From: Candidatus Nezhaarchaeota archaeon
Lineage (GTDB): Archaea > Thermoproteota > Methanomethylicia > Nezhaarchaeales > WYZ-LMO8
Direction of reading: 5' to 3'
Length of the DNA stretch: 64,000 nucleotides
NCBI GenBank assembly: GCA_025059375.1
Contig: JANXDO010000001.1
Location: 224,097-288,096, forward strand
Shown here piece after piece: positions 19,791-29,706 of this stretch. The position numbers and the translations under genes are program-made. Within the stretch, counting starts at the first letter, position 1; each line of letters begins with the position of its first letter. The notes under the pieces are model-generated. The model was given only the letters and a program-made list of their open reading frames with translations, was not told the origin of the DNA and did not search any database.

Positions 19791-21245
19791 TTGATTGAGG
19801 GATTCCATGTGGGTCGCCATGCACTACGTGAGATCTTAGTGAGGGCTGTGGAGAGCTCTAAGAGGATACATAGAGACCTCGTCAAGCTTCTTGGGGATGA
19901 TAAGGTGTCTAACATTGTGACAGACCTAGCAGTATATAGTCACGATTATACGCCAATAAATCTCCACAAGATATTAAACTTAGACCTAGAGACTATTCCT
20001 TGCGTTGTAGTGTGGCCTGAAAGCGTACAAGATGTCGTCGAGATCGTTAAATACGCGTACGAGAATCATGTGCCGATTTACCCATATGGTGGCGGTAGTG
20101 GTGTACTGAGGGGGTTCGCGCCGGAGCATTGTGGAATTGTCGTTGACATGAAGAGAATGCAGAGCATAAGTCTAAACGAATACGATCTTACAGTTGCAGC
20201 AGACGCAGGGGTTTATGGTGTCATCTTAGAGCAATACCTCAACTATAAGGGGTACACGCTTGGACACATACCACAATCACTGTATGAATCCACAGTGGGT
20301 GGGTGGATAGCCACTAGAGCCACGGGACAGTTCTCAACTAAGTATGGAGGGATTGAGGATCTCCTGCTTGGCATTGAAGTTGTAGTACCACCTGGAAGAA
20401 TTGTTAAACTAGAGCCGCATCCTCGAACGGCTACAGGTCCGGATCTTAGAAGACTCTTCATAGGATCTGAAGGTGTCCTCGGGATAGTGACGAAGGCCAC
20501 TCTTAAAATCGCTCAATTTCCGGAGAAGAGAGTGAAGCTGTCATTCGCTACCAAGACGTTTGAGGAAGCTTTTGAGTACACTAGGTTGATTATTAGGAGA
20601 GGAGTACGACCTGCAGTTGTAAGGATCTATGATCGAATAGAGACATTAAGGCACTTCTACTGGATTAGGGATGTTAAGGACGAGCCCATCACGATAATGG
20701 TAATTGAGGGCCCATCCAGCTTAGTGGATGCTGAAGCGGACATTGTTAAAGGCACATTTAAGGGAAGGGAGCTCGGCGAAGAGCCGGTTGATTACTGGTT
20801 GAGAACTAGGTTTGTAGTTAAAGAAGCTTCCGAATACGCTGCCTTAGGCTTTGTTTTCGACACCATTGAAGTCGCCGCGCTCTGGTCTCGCGTTGTGCCT
20901 CTCTACCGTGAGGTGATAGAGGCAATGAAGCGCGTGGATGGCACTCTGGTGGCGTCAGCACACGCATCTCACTTCTACCCTCAAGGCGCATGCCTTTACT
21001 TCACATTTGGAGGCCTTCCTAGAGCTGGGACGACGCCATACGAGTACCACAGGAAGGTATGGGAGGCAGCAATGGATGCCGTGATAAGGGTTGGAGGGAC
21101 CATAAGCCATCACCACGGGGTCGGAAGGATTAGAGCTCCATGGCTTAAGGCTGAGATAGGCGATGCAGGGCTTGAACTTCTTCAAAAGCTCAAGAGAGCG
21201 ATCGATGACAGGGGGATCATGAACCCCGGCAACATGGGCCTTTAA
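19791..21245 (+). CDS. FAD-linked oxidase (GlcD / D-lactate dehydrogenase-like, PCMH FAD-binding domain)
   Basis: 'PIYPYGGGSGV' FAD-binding-4 motif and a C-terminal 'HHHGVG' FAD-oxidase_C motif. Confidence 0.7.
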   Translation: MIEGFHVGRHALREILVRAVESSKRIHRDLVKLLGDDKVSNIVTDLAVYSHDYTPINLHKILNLDLETIPCVVVWPESVQDVVEIVKYAYENHVPIYPYGGGSGVLRGFAPEHCGIVVDMKRMQSISLNEYDLTVAADAGVYGVILEQYLNYKGYTLGHIPQSLYESTVGGWIATRATGQFSTKYGGIEDLLLGIEVVVPPGRIVKLEPHPRTATGPDLRRLFIGSEGVLGIVTKATLKIAQFPEKRVKLSFATKTFEEAFEYTRLIIRRGVRPAVVRIYDRIETLRHFYWIRDVKDEPITIMVIEGPSSLVDAEADIVKGTFKGRELGEEPVDYWLRTRFVVKEASEYAALGFVFDTIEVAALWSRVVPLYREVIEAMKRVDGTLVASAHASHFYPQGACLYFTFGGLPRAGTTPYEYHRKVWEAAMDAVIRVGGTISHHHGVGRIRAPWLKAEIGDAGLELLQKLKRAIDDRGIMNPGNMGL

Positions 21246-21260
21246 GTGGAGGTGGCCTAA

Positions 21261-22412
21261 GTGAGGGAGATGGCCTGGATTATCGAGGCATTGAAGGAGC
21301 GAGGATTAAGCACCGCAATGCGCGTAGCACTAAGGTACATGCTTGGAAGGCTGCGCGGCGTTGATGACATTATCAAGTGCGCTTTATGCCCCAACTTCTG
21401 TAAGTTCAATTGTCCCACTCACATAGCTTCTGGCAGTGAAACTCACTCTCCCGCTGGAAGAGCTAGGGTGGCCTTCTTTATTGAGAGCGGCGTCCTCGAG
21501 CTTAATCCGGAAAACGCATTACCGCTGTACACATGTCTGGGGTGCCTAGCGTGCAAGGCCTATTGCCCCTTTAACTTCAGCGTGCCTGAGATAACCTACA
21601 GGCTCCGTGTAAGGCTCCGACAAGCTAATGCCCTCCCAGTACAGCTAGCACAGATAGTTGATAACCTAAGCAGACATAAGTTCTTACACGGGCCAAGACC
21701 TGCTGAGGACCGCATAGCTGGTAATCTGCTGTACATTCGCGGCTGTACCGTCAGGCAGCACTTGCCCTCACTCGCCGAGATCACCATGGAGGTGTTCAAG
21801 AGATTTGGAGTGACCCTTGCAACGCATGCAGACGAGGTTTGTTGCGGATTCCACGCCTACCTTCTAGGAGCCGAAGATATCTTTCGAGATCTCGCTAAGA
21901 TGAGCATAGAGCTTTTAAAAAAGTACAGCTGTGCCATTACATCGTGCCCTACCATCGCTTATACGTACAGGGTCTTATACCCACGATTCGGCTTTCAACT
22001 TCCGATTGAAGTTTACCACGTAACAGAGCTGCTTAAGAGGGTGATGAGTGAGCAGCAGGTTAAGCTACGTGAAGTGAGAAAGAAAGTGGTGGTACACGAA
22101 TCGTGGCCATTATCGAGGGGGATCGAGACCAGTAACGTAATGCTTGATCTCTTGAAGAGCATTCCCGGTGTGGAGGTGGCTCTACCCATTAGGCATGGAA
22201 GATACGTCTACGACATCGGGGGTTACTGTTCCCTCTTAAAGTTCGTCAACCAATGGCTCGTGAGGAGGATTGCGCAGGAAAGGTTACGAGAGCTGAGCAC
22301 GGTCGGCAACATCATAGTCACGTCCTCCCCAGATGCGACCATCGTCTTTAGGGAACTTGGTGCAAATGTTTACGATATCGTGGAAGTAATGGCGGAGGCC
22401 CTTGGACTATGA
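21261..22412 (+). CDS. CCG-domain Fe-S oxidoreductase subunit (GlcF/GlpC/HdrD-like)
   Basis: Two ferredoxin-like clusters, 'CALCPNFCKFNCP' and 'CLGCLACKAYCP', followed by Cys-rich CCG-type segments. The ATGA overlap with the next gene is evidence of translational coupling only. Confidence 0.6.
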   Translation: MREMAWIIEALKERGLSTAMRVALRYMLGRLRGVDDIIKCALCPNFCKFNCPTHIASGSETHSPAGRARVAFFIESGVLELNPENALPLYTCLGCLACKAYCPFNFSVPEITYRLRVRLRQANALPVQLAQIVDNLSRHKFLHGPRPAEDRIAGNLLYIRGCTVRQHLPSLAEITMEVFKRFGVTLATHADEVCCGFHAYLLGAEDIFRDLAKMSIELLKKYSCAITSCPTIAYTYRVLYPRFGFQLPIEVYHVTELLKRVMSEQQVKLREVRKKVVVHESWPLSRGIETSNVMLDLLKSIPGVEVALPIRHGRYVYDIGGYCSLLKFVNQWLVRRIAQERLRELSTVGNIIVTSSPDATIVFRELGANVYDIVEVMAEALGL

Positions 22413-24214
22413 ATGTTGTGGCGAGGCTTAAGGATAGGTGGATCTCTTGGCGCGTCTCGCGGGTACTAAAGCGCTACCTCGATAGCGTCCGGTTCCAAGT
22501 GAGGGACTCTATAGTCTTCCTACATGGTTCAGCTCAGAGCTACGAGGAGTTCCTCGACATCGGCCTCAAGGTGGGATCGGTAAGAGGCGTGGAGGGAGTG
22601 GTAAATGAGGTTGAATGGCCTGGCAAGGCACCTGAGGGGCGAAGGGAGGTCGCTGCATCCAAAGCCCTGATCGGAGACTATGACGTAGTCATTATAGGTG
22701 CCGGCATAATTGGGTCAATGATAGCTAGGGAGCTATCTAAGTACGAGATTCGAGTCGCCCTCGTCGATAAGAACCCAGATGTAGCCATGGGGGTCACGAA
22801 GGCTAATAACGGCATCATACACTCGGGTCTCGAAGAGCCACTCGGCAAGATTAAGACCAAGCTTTGTGTTCGCGGAAACGCTATGTACGACGAGCTAGCA
22901 CGTGAGCTAGGAGTAAGATTCAAGAGAATTGGAGGTTTATGGCTTATAACCCTAAGATCCATGCCCAAGCTAAAGGATAAGCTCCCAATGAGCCTGTACG
23001 TATTCATGCTCAAGTACGTTGTGCCATTGATAGTGAAGATGAAGGCTATGGTCCTAGGCGTCCCAGGCGTTCGCGCCATCAGGAGCATTGATGAAGTTAA
23101 GAGATTAGAGCCGCACGTATGCGATGACGTCGTAGCTGCTATACAGGTCCCAACCGTAGGCATCGTCGAGCCCTATGAGCTGGCAATAGCTTTGGTGGAG
23201 AATGCGGTCGAGAACGGAGTTGACACGTTTTTCGAGACCGAAGTGCTGGGCTTTGAAAAGGAGGACAATAAAGTAGTGGGCGTAATCACTAATCGGGGGA
23301 TTATAAGGACAAAAATTGTGATCAACGCCGCGGGTCTATATGCAGATGTAATTGCAGAGCTCGCTGGCGCCAAGGAGTACACAATTCATCCCCGTAAGGG
23401 GACAATACTGTTGTTTGATAAACGCAGCATGAAGTACTTGAGCCACGAGGTAGCTGAGATAGAGCTTCCTAGGCCTCCGAGAACCAAAGGCGGTGCAATT
23501 AACCCCACGGTTAGTGGCAACGTGATGTGGGGGCCTACAGCCATCGAGGTATCGAGTAAGGAGGATACGTCGACCTCGCGTGAAGATGTCGAATTGCTGA
23601 TAGACAAGTTCGCCAAGACCATTCCAAGCTTCAAGGGCAAGTTAATGAGGATATTCGCGGGTGTGCGACCAGCAACGTTCAATGAGGACTTCATTATTAG
23701 GCCGGCAAAGTGGGTTAAGGGGTTCATCCATGTCGCTGGCATTCAATCTCCAGGCATAGCGGCAGCCCCAGCAATAGCTAAGCTTGTCATCAACATACTA
23801 AGGCATGAAGGGATTCGATTGGTGCCTAAGAAGAACTTTAAAGCGACTAGGGAACCTGAACTTAGGTTTAATGAATTACCAGCAGAGAAGCAGGATGAGC
23901 TTATACGTAGAAATCCCGAGTGGGGCAACGTAGTATGTCAATGCGAGCTAGTCACAGAGGCTGAAGTAATTAATGCCATAGAGCGCATGAAGAGGATAGG
24001 GGTCAAAACCATCACGCTGGACGGCGTAAAGTTTAGGACGCGGATCATGATGGGCAATTGTCAAGGATCCTTCTGCAGGTTACGCGTGGCCTCGATAATA
24101 TCAAGGCACTGCGGAATAGATCTTTGGAAGGTTTCCCTACGAGGAGGGGGCTCAGAGATAGGGGTAGGCGATGTTAAGGTACTGCTCCAAACGGGGGTTA
24201 GTAAGAGTGGTTGA
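22409..24214 (+). CDS. glpA: FAD-dependent glycerol-3-phosphate dehydrogenase (GlpA-like) with C-terminal BFD-like [2Fe-2S] domain and ~85-aa N-terminal extension
   Basis: The Rossmann 'YDVVIIGAGIIGSMIAREL' begins only at aa ~90. The C-terminal 'VVCQCELVTEAEVINAIE...GNCQGSFC' is a BFD-like domain. Confidence 0.7.
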   Translation: MNVVARLKDRWISWRVSRVLKRYLDSVRFQVRDSIVFLHGSAQSYEEFLDIGLKVGSVRGVEGVVNEVEWPGKAPEGRREVAASKALIGDYDVVIIGAGIIGSMIARELSKYEIRVALVDKNPDVAMGVTKANNGIIHSGLEEPLGKIKTKLCVRGNAMYDELARELGVRFKRIGGLWLITLRSMPKLKDKLPMSLYVFMLKYVVPLIVKMKAMVLGVPGVRAIRSIDEVKRLEPHVCDDVVAAIQVPTVGIVEPYELAIALVENAVENGVDTFFETEVLGFEKEDNKVVGVITNRGIIRTKIVINAAGLYADVIAELAGAKEYTIHPRKGTILLFDKRSMKYLSHEVAEIELPRPPRTKGGAINPTVSGNVMWGPTAIEVSSKEDTSTSREDVELLIDKFAKTIPSFKGKLMRIFAGVRPATFNEDFIIRPAKWVKGFIHVAGIQSPGIAAAPAIAKLVINILRHEGIRLVPKKNFKATREPELRFNELPAEKQDELIRRNPEWGNVVCQCELVTEAEVINAIERMKRIGVKTITLDGVKFRTRIMMGNCQGSFCRLRVASIISRHCGIDLWKVSLRGGGSEIGVGDVKVLLQTGVSKSG

Positions 24215-25475
24215 GAAGCTACACTTCGACGTAGTTGTGCTTGGAGGTGGGGCTGCAGGGCTTGCAGCAGCCACTAAGCTAAGAGAGCTAGGGATCGATA
24301 GAGTCGTCGTAATAGATTACCATCCGTACGTGGACGGTCTATTGGGAGGTATACTTCCTCAATGCATACACCCAGGTTTTGGAGTCCACTACTTCCGTGA
24401 AGATCTTACAGGATCGGAGTTCGCATTCAAATTAATAAGAAGAGCTGAGAAGATAGGTGTTGAAATTCTCTCCGATGCCTACGCTTCCAAGCTTCGAACG
24501 ACATCGCGAACCATTGAGGTAACAGCTCTCTCTCGAAGGGGTCTAATGAGCATCTCGAGTAGAGCATTGATATACGCTGCTGGGGCACGTGAAAGATCGA
24601 TTTTTGAAATAGGTGTAGCGGGGGAAAGACCATCTGGCGTCTACACTGCTGGAGAGGCTCAGGCAATGATGGACCTACACGGTATCATGCCGGGTAGAGA
24701 GGTAGTTGTTGTGGGATCCGGTGACGTGGGCCTCATTATGGCTAGGAGGTTCGCATTAGAGGGTGCTGTAGTTAAAGCCGTCATTGAGCTGATGCCGTGG
24801 CCCGGAGGCTTAACGAGGAACATAGTGCAGTGTCTTCGAGACTACAATATACCGCTACTATTGAGCCATATGGTCACCAGGATCATCGGCAAGGATAGGG
24901 TTAGAGGAATTGAGGTGGTACGTGTGGATGAGGGGTTAAGACCAATAGCTGGAACCCATAAGATAATTAATTGCGATACAGTCATCATCGCTGCAGGCCT
25001 CATTCCAAGAGTTGAGCTCCTTGAAGAGGCTGGAGCGGAGATTGATGGTGCTACGGGTGGTCCAGTGGTCAATGACTACCTAGAGACGAGCCTTCACAAC
25101 GTATTCGCGGCAGGCAACTCACTAATCATTAATGACTTAGTTGATTACGCTGCTGAGCAGGGTGAGCAAGCTGCGATAAGTGCTCACTACGTTATAAGTG
25201 GAGGCGAAATCCCAAGAGACAACGTTAAGCGCGTCACCCTAGGAAGAAACATTAGGTTAGCTGTACCCCAACTTCTCACAGGCGCTCAAGACGTGATTAT
25301 GTACATAAGGGTCAAGAGGCCCGAGGAGAACGCCAAGCTCGTAATACCAGAGATAGGAGATGAGATTAAGTTTCAACGCGTAAGACCAGCTGAAATTATC
25401 AGGGTAAAGGTTAAAGGTGATGACATCATGAGAGTGCATGATGACAAGATTACAATCACGCTAGAAACCAATTAA
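24171..25475 (+). CDS. FAD/NAD(P)-binding pyridine-nucleotide-disulfide-oxidoreductase-like flavoprotein (second G3PDH-complex subunit, GlpB-like role)
   Basis: 'FDVVVLGGGAAGLAAATKL' is the first Rossmann motif and 'VVVVGSGDVGLIMARRFA' the second. The true start may be the GTG at ~24207, which overlaps the glpA stop. Confidence 0.55.
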   Translation: MLRYCSKRGLVRVVEKLHFDVVVLGGGAAGLAAATKLRELGIDRVVVIDYHPYVDGLLGGILPQCIHPGFGVHYFREDLTGSEFAFKLIRRAEKIGVEILSDAYASKLRTTSRTIEVTALSRRGLMSISSRALIYAAGARERSIFEIGVAGERPSGVYTAGEAQAMMDLHGIMPGREVVVVGSGDVGLIMARRFALEGAVVKAVIELMPWPGGLTRNIVQCLRDYNIPLLLSHMVTRIIGKDRVRGIEVVRVDEGLRPIAGTHKIINCDTVIIAAGLIPRVELLEEAGAEIDGATGGPVVNDYLETSLHNVFAAGNSLIINDLVDYAAEQGEQAAISAHYVISGGEIPRDNVKRVTLGRNIRLAVPQLLTGAQDVIMYIRVKRPEENAKLVIPEIGDEIKFQRVRPAEIIRVKVKGDDIMRVHDDKITITLETN

Positions 25476-25734
25476 GCATGAGCAGACGCCTGCTATGATA
25501 GTTAAAACATGCTTCTTCAATCACCAAGCTCAATCTAACGCTTGGACCCTTGTCATACCCCTAGCATAGCCATCTACCTCGCTAAGGAACCTTGACCTAA
25601 ATAGGGCTTAGTCAATAGAGAGGCTCGCAATGGCTTATACTCGTTACTTAAATCCCTAATGGGGTCTTCAAGGGGTTTGGTGAGAATTTGTAAAACGAAT
25701 ATTGCATGCTGTAGGGGCACGATTTAAAAATAAC

Positions 25735-26172
25735 CTACATGGACGAGCATGGGCAGTCATTTTTGCTCACTCTTTTCACTTGTCTAGTGGCTACCACATC
25801 TGTACCACATATATTCCTGAGGATTACTTGACCTACCTCAATTGGGGCCTCAACCTCAATGTTGACTAAAGCCCTTACCACCTTCCATATGCAATCCTTC
25901 GGAATGGGATCACGAGTTATAACTGATACTGTGGGTAAGTTTCCCCCTCTCACCTTTATGACGGTCATTACACGCCTCACTGGACTAAGAACCTCCTTCT
26001 TAGCGTACTCTACTCCACGAGGACATAATGCTCCTTCAACTACGACATCGCTTCCCTCTCTTTTAGCTTTGATAGTGCAACCAGTAGGACATACGATGCA
26101 CAGTACTTCTTGTTCATCATTCACGTTATCACATCCACATAAACCGTATACGTCTACTTGAGGTGTAGTCAA
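25735..26172 (-). CDS. DUF1667-like small Cys-rich protein (putative third subunit of archaeal G3P dehydrogenase complex)
   Basis: 145 aa with 'CGCDN', 'CIVCPTGC', 'CPRG' and a C-terminal 'CPC'. It is convergent to the glpA block. Confidence 0.4.
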   Translation of the reverse strand: MTTPQVDVYGLCGCDNVNDEQEVLCIVCPTGCTIKAKREGSDVVVEGALCPRGVEYAKKEVLSPVRRVMTVIKVRGGNLPTVSVITRDPIPKDCIWKVVRALVNIEVEAPIEVGQVILRNICGTDVVATRQVKRVSKNDCPCSSM

Positions 26173-26214
26173 GATGTGAGAACATATTTTTTAGTGCATC
26201 AACTGACTATTGCC

Positions 26215-26577
26215 TCAGTCCTCCTGGCTTGATATTGACTTAAGTTCCTTCAAGACCTCATCAACAACCTTAGATGGCCTCGATTTAGCCACAGCGTCGG
26301 AGAATCTCAAGACCTTAACTCCAATGCTCCTCAAAGCCTCATCCTTAACTTGATCTCTTGAGATCCTAATGTCTTTTACATGGTAGATGCCATCAATTTC
26401 TACAGCTAAGTTCGGTGGTACGAATATGTCGATTATGAACGTCTTACCACCAATACGGATCTTTTGTTGAGTAAAAAATATGATTCCTCTATTCTGAAGT
26501 TCCTTGATTACAGCTAACTCACCTGACGTATAGGCTCTAGGTGATCGAATCCTATACCTCCTTGCCCTCGCCCTCAC
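26215..26577 (-). CDS. DUF559-type endonuclease-fold protein (Vsr/restriction-endonuclease-like)
   Basis: 'IGGKTFIIDIFVPPNLAVEIDGIYH' matches the DUF559 core, and the N-terminus is Arg-rich. It overlaps the upstream small gene by ~26 nt. Confidence 0.5.
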   Translation of the reverse strand: MRARARRYRIRSPRAYTSGELAVIKELQNRGIIFFTQQKIRIGGKTFIIDIFVPPNLAVEIDGIYHVKDIRISRDQVKDEALRSIGVKVLRFSDAVAKSRPSKVVDEVLKELKSISSQED

Positions 26578-26842
26578 TCTTACCGCCCTCCTCTATGAGC
26601 TTCTTAATTCTATGAGCAATACCCTCAACTATGTGCTTCTTAGCACTTCTAAGCTGTATTCCGACAATATTACCATGCTCATCTACTTCTAAGTAGAGGT
26701 CCTCAGTCATCCTTATTAGACCCTTAGCGACGCAACCTCTAACCTTAATGTACAGTATGTCCCTGTCTAAGTCAAGTTCAACCTTAATATCTTGTTCTAC
26801 CTTTCTACTCACACTGCTCAATCTGTTTTTCCCTTCTCTCAA
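26552..26842 (-). CDS. DUF2283-family small protein
   Basis: 96 aa. '...DLDRDILYIKVRG...EVDEHGNIVGIQL' fits the DUF2283 pattern. Confidence 0.45.
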   Translation of the reverse strand: MREGKNRLSSVSRKVEQDIKVELDLDRDILYIKVRGCVAKGLIRMTEDLYLEVDEHGNIVGIQLRSAKKHIVEGIAHRIKKLIEEGGKSEGEGKEV

Positions 26843-26884
26843 GACTTAAACATTACCTTAATAAGAAAGGGGGTGAGGTTTAAT

Positions 26885-27295
26885 TCATAGAGGCTCAAAG
26901 AAGTACCTAGGCCATTGCGGCCAAGTTTGCTGTTGAACAGCTGCACCTTCAAAGGAGACCTTCATCCTCATGCCCACTCTAAGTTGAGACGGCTGCGTTA
27001 TCCCCTTAACTATTCCTGGAAGCTTTGGCCCCTCGTCGAGCTTCACGATAGCCACAGCATATGGAGCCATCGACGCGAATTGTGTTGGTGGAATGTGGAT
27101 TACTGTAAAGCTTATTAGATCGCCCTCCCCTTTAAGCTGTACCCATTCAAGCTCCTTACTCAAGCATCTATCGCAGATAGGCCTTGGGGGGACCATGACG
27201 TTACCACACTTCCTGCACTTGACGCCCATAAGCTTACTCTCAGCTACAAACTTGTAGAATGACTCTATTGTAGGTGGAGGTTGAAGCTGAGCCAT
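26885..27295 (-). CDS. DUF35 Zn-ribbon/OB-fold protein (thiolase-associated)
   Basis: 'CRKCGNVMVPPRPICDRC' rubredoxin-like zinc ribbon plus a C-terminal OB fold. It overlaps the upstream thiolase stop, the classic archaeal thiolase-DUF35 operon. Confidence 0.65.
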   Translation of the reverse strand: MAQLQPPPTIESFYKFVAESKLMGVKCRKCGNVMVPPRPICDRCLSKELEWVQLKGEGDLISFTVIHIPPTQFASMAPYAVAIVKLDEGPKLPGIVKGITQPSQLRVGMRMKVSFEGAAVQQQTWPQWPRYFFEPL

Positions 27296-27296
27296 A

Positions 27297-28472
27297 CTAA
27301 TCACCCCTCCTATATATGTGGACGAAAGCTGATGCTCCTGAGCCGCCCATATTGTGGGTTAAACCTATCTCTGCACCACGAACCTGTCTTTGACCAGCCT
27401 GACCAGTTAACTGCAAGTATATTTCATATAGCTGAGCTACTCCAGTAGCACCAACTGGATGCCCTTTAGCTTTGAGCCCACCACTCGTATTGACAGGGAT
27501 CCTTCCTCCTATTTCACTCTGACCTTCCTCTATGAACTTGCCTCCATAACCTTTCGGGCAGAAGCCTAGATCCTCGTACAAGATGATCTCAGCTATAGTA
27601 AAGCAGTCATGTACTTCAGCTACACTTACATCTTTAGGTTCAACTCCAGCCATCTTGTATGCTTCTCGGCTAGCTACTTTAGCTGAGAGTAGGGTGGTTA
27701 TGTCATCCCTCTCATATAGGCCTATCCTATCTGTTGCTCCAGCTGAAGCTATGATGTAGACTGGTGTGTCCGTGTACCTCTTAGCTAAATCAGGCCTTAC
27801 AAGTATTGCGCAACTAGCTCCATCAGTTATTGGGGAGCAATCAAAGAGTTTTAGTGGCCAAGCTATGACCCTGGACTTCAACACGTCCTCGAGCGCTATG
27901 GCCTTTTGAAATTGAGCTTTAGGGTTCATGGAGGCATTCTTGTGATTCTTAACCGCTACCATCGCCAGCTGCTCCTCCTTAGTGCCATATTTATTCATGT
28001 GAGCAGTCGCCATCAACGCGAAGAGCCCTGGAAACGTTAAACCATTCCACTGTTCAAAGGGGAAGTCTGATGCCATCGCTAGGAACTCCGTCACTTCCGC
28101 GGTTGACCTATGAGTCATTTTCTCAACTCCACCAACAAGAGCTACATCGACTAGCCCGGAGGCTATCGCCATGACCGCACTACGTAGAGCTGAGCCTGAA
28201 GATGCGCACGCGCTCTCAAGCCTGAAACTCTGTACGGGCGTTAGCCCCAGCCAGTCGCAAATTGTTGGACCTGTATGCCCTTGATGCTCATAAGACTCAC
28301 CCATGTGGCCAACGAAGACAGCCTTAATGTCTTTCTTAGGATCTAGATTGGGGCATCGATCAAAAGCTTCAGTTGCAGCCTCCACAAACAGCTCTCTACA
28401 GTAGAGTCCATCCCTCCTACCAAACCTTGAGAGTCCAGCACTAACTATAGCAGCTAGGGGTTTCCTCGTCAT
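27297..28472 (-). CDS. Thiolase-family protein (SCP-x-type acetyl-CoA C-acyltransferase-like)
   Basis: N-terminal 'AAIVSAGLSRFGRR', active-site regions 'ACASSGSALR' and 'HNMGGSGA' and a C-terminal 'GGSG'. The start is probably the internal Met ('MTRKPLAAIV'). Confidence 0.7.
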   Translation of the reverse strand: MTRKPLAAIVSAGLSRFGRRDGLYCRELFVEAATEAFDRCPNLDPKKDIKAVFVGHMGESYEHQGHTGPTICDWLGLTPVQSFRLESACASSGSALRSAVMAIASGLVDVALVGGVEKMTHRSTAEVTEFLAMASDFPFEQWNGLTFPGLFALMATAHMNKYGTKEEQLAMVAVKNHKNASMNPKAQFQKAIALEDVLKSRVIAWPLKLFDCSPITDGASCAILVRPDLAKRYTDTPVYIIASAGATDRIGLYERDDITTLLSAKVASREAYKMAGVEPKDVSVAEVHDCFTIAEIILYEDLGFCPKGYGGKFIEEGQSEIGGRIPVNTSGGLKAKGHPVGATGVAQLYEIYLQLTGQAGQRQVRGAEIGLTHNMGGSGASAFVHIYRRGD

Positions 28473-28611
28473 GTCACAGCCCCGCCACCGAATACCCATT
28501 AACTGAATTTTTATATGTTGCCCGAAAACTTGGTCGTTGAGAACCAGCGGCTAATACCCCGCAACCTCATGGGGGTTTACACACTAAGTCTCGTAGTATG
28601 ACTTCATTAAC

Positions 28612-29706
28612 TTGAAATCCCATAAAGATATTGGGGGCCTCAACTTGAAGGTTATTGAGTGGGATGAGAAGCATGGTAAGATGCTCTTGAGAGTAGAGTC
28701 TCAAGATGATCTTTGGTGTCTCTATAACATCTTAGAACCCGGCGACAGCATTATAGCCAAGACCTCAAGGGAGGTCAAGGTCAATGATAAGAGCTCTCGA
28801 GTGCCAATGACACTCAAGGTCAGAGTTGAGAAGGTGGAGTTCCAACCATTCACTGAGAGGCTTAGGATAAAAGGTGTAGTCGTTGAGGGACCTGATAGAT
28901 TTGGAGTTGTGGGTGCACACCATACCATAAGTGTCAGTGAGGGGTCAGAAATATTAGTGGAGAAGGAGAGGTGGTCGCGCCACAACTTAAAGAGGATTTT
29001 TAAGGCTTCTTCCCGAAGACCCGTGAACATCCTCCTCATAGGCATAGATTCGGATGAAGCTGCATTCGTAGCCCCTCATGACTACGGATTTGAACTACTT
29101 GCTGAGGTTTATATGAACCTACCTGGAAAGCACGATCCAGATAAGAGAGATGAAGCATTAAAAGAGAGGATCTCTGAATTAGCAGCAAAGACGAGAGAAC
29201 TTGTTGAAAGGCTTAACGCAAAGGCGATAGCTATTGTAGGTCCAGGCTTCATGAAGGAGTCTCTTGCAAAAGAGGTCTCCATGAGCGTGAAGGCTAAGGT
29301 CTACGTGGATTCAACTTCAAGCGGAGGTTATCAAGGAGTTAGAGAAGCGATCAGGAGAGGCGTCTTAAAGAGGATTTTAAGAGATCTCAATGTAGTTGAA
29401 GAGGCAGAACTGATGGACGAGTTTTTAACACACCTGTCAAAGAGTGACGGTAAAGCAGTCTATGGAGTCAATGACGTAAAGAGAGCAGCTGAATGTGGTG
29501 CAATAGAGAAGCTCCTTGTTCATGATGAGCTCATAAGGTCTCCAGACTTAAACTTAAGAAGAGAGATTGAGAGGCTCATTGACCTAGCAGAGAGGACTGG
29601 TGCTCAAGTTAAGATCTTCAGCAGCTTAGAGGAGCCTAGTCAACAGTTAAAGTCTATTGGAGGTTTAGCAGCGATTCTTCGGTTCAGTCTTTATATCGAA
29701 TCATAA
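28612..29706 (+). CDS. Pelota/Dom34 mRNA-surveillance protein
   Basis: 'LKVIEWDEKHGKMLLRVESQDDLWCLYNILEPGD' is the canonical Pelota N-terminus, followed by an eRF1-like central and C-terminal region. The start may be the downstream TTG. Confidence 0.75.
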   Translation: MKSHKDIGGLNLKVIEWDEKHGKMLLRVESQDDLWCLYNILEPGDSIIAKTSREVKVNDKSSRVPMTLKVRVEKVEFQPFTERLRIKGVVVEGPDRFGVVGAHHTISVSEGSEILVEKERWSRHNLKRIFKASSRRPVNILLIGIDSDEAAFVAPHDYGFELLAEVYMNLPGKHDPDKRDEALKERISELAAKTRELVERLNAKAIAIVGPGFMKESLAKEVSMSVKAKVYVDSTSSGGYQGVREAIRRGVLKRILRDLNVVEEAELMDEFLTHLSKSDGKAVYGVNDVKRAAECGAIEKLLVHDELIRSPDLNLRREIERLIDLAERTGAQVKIFSSLEEPSQQLKSIGGLAAILRFSLYIES

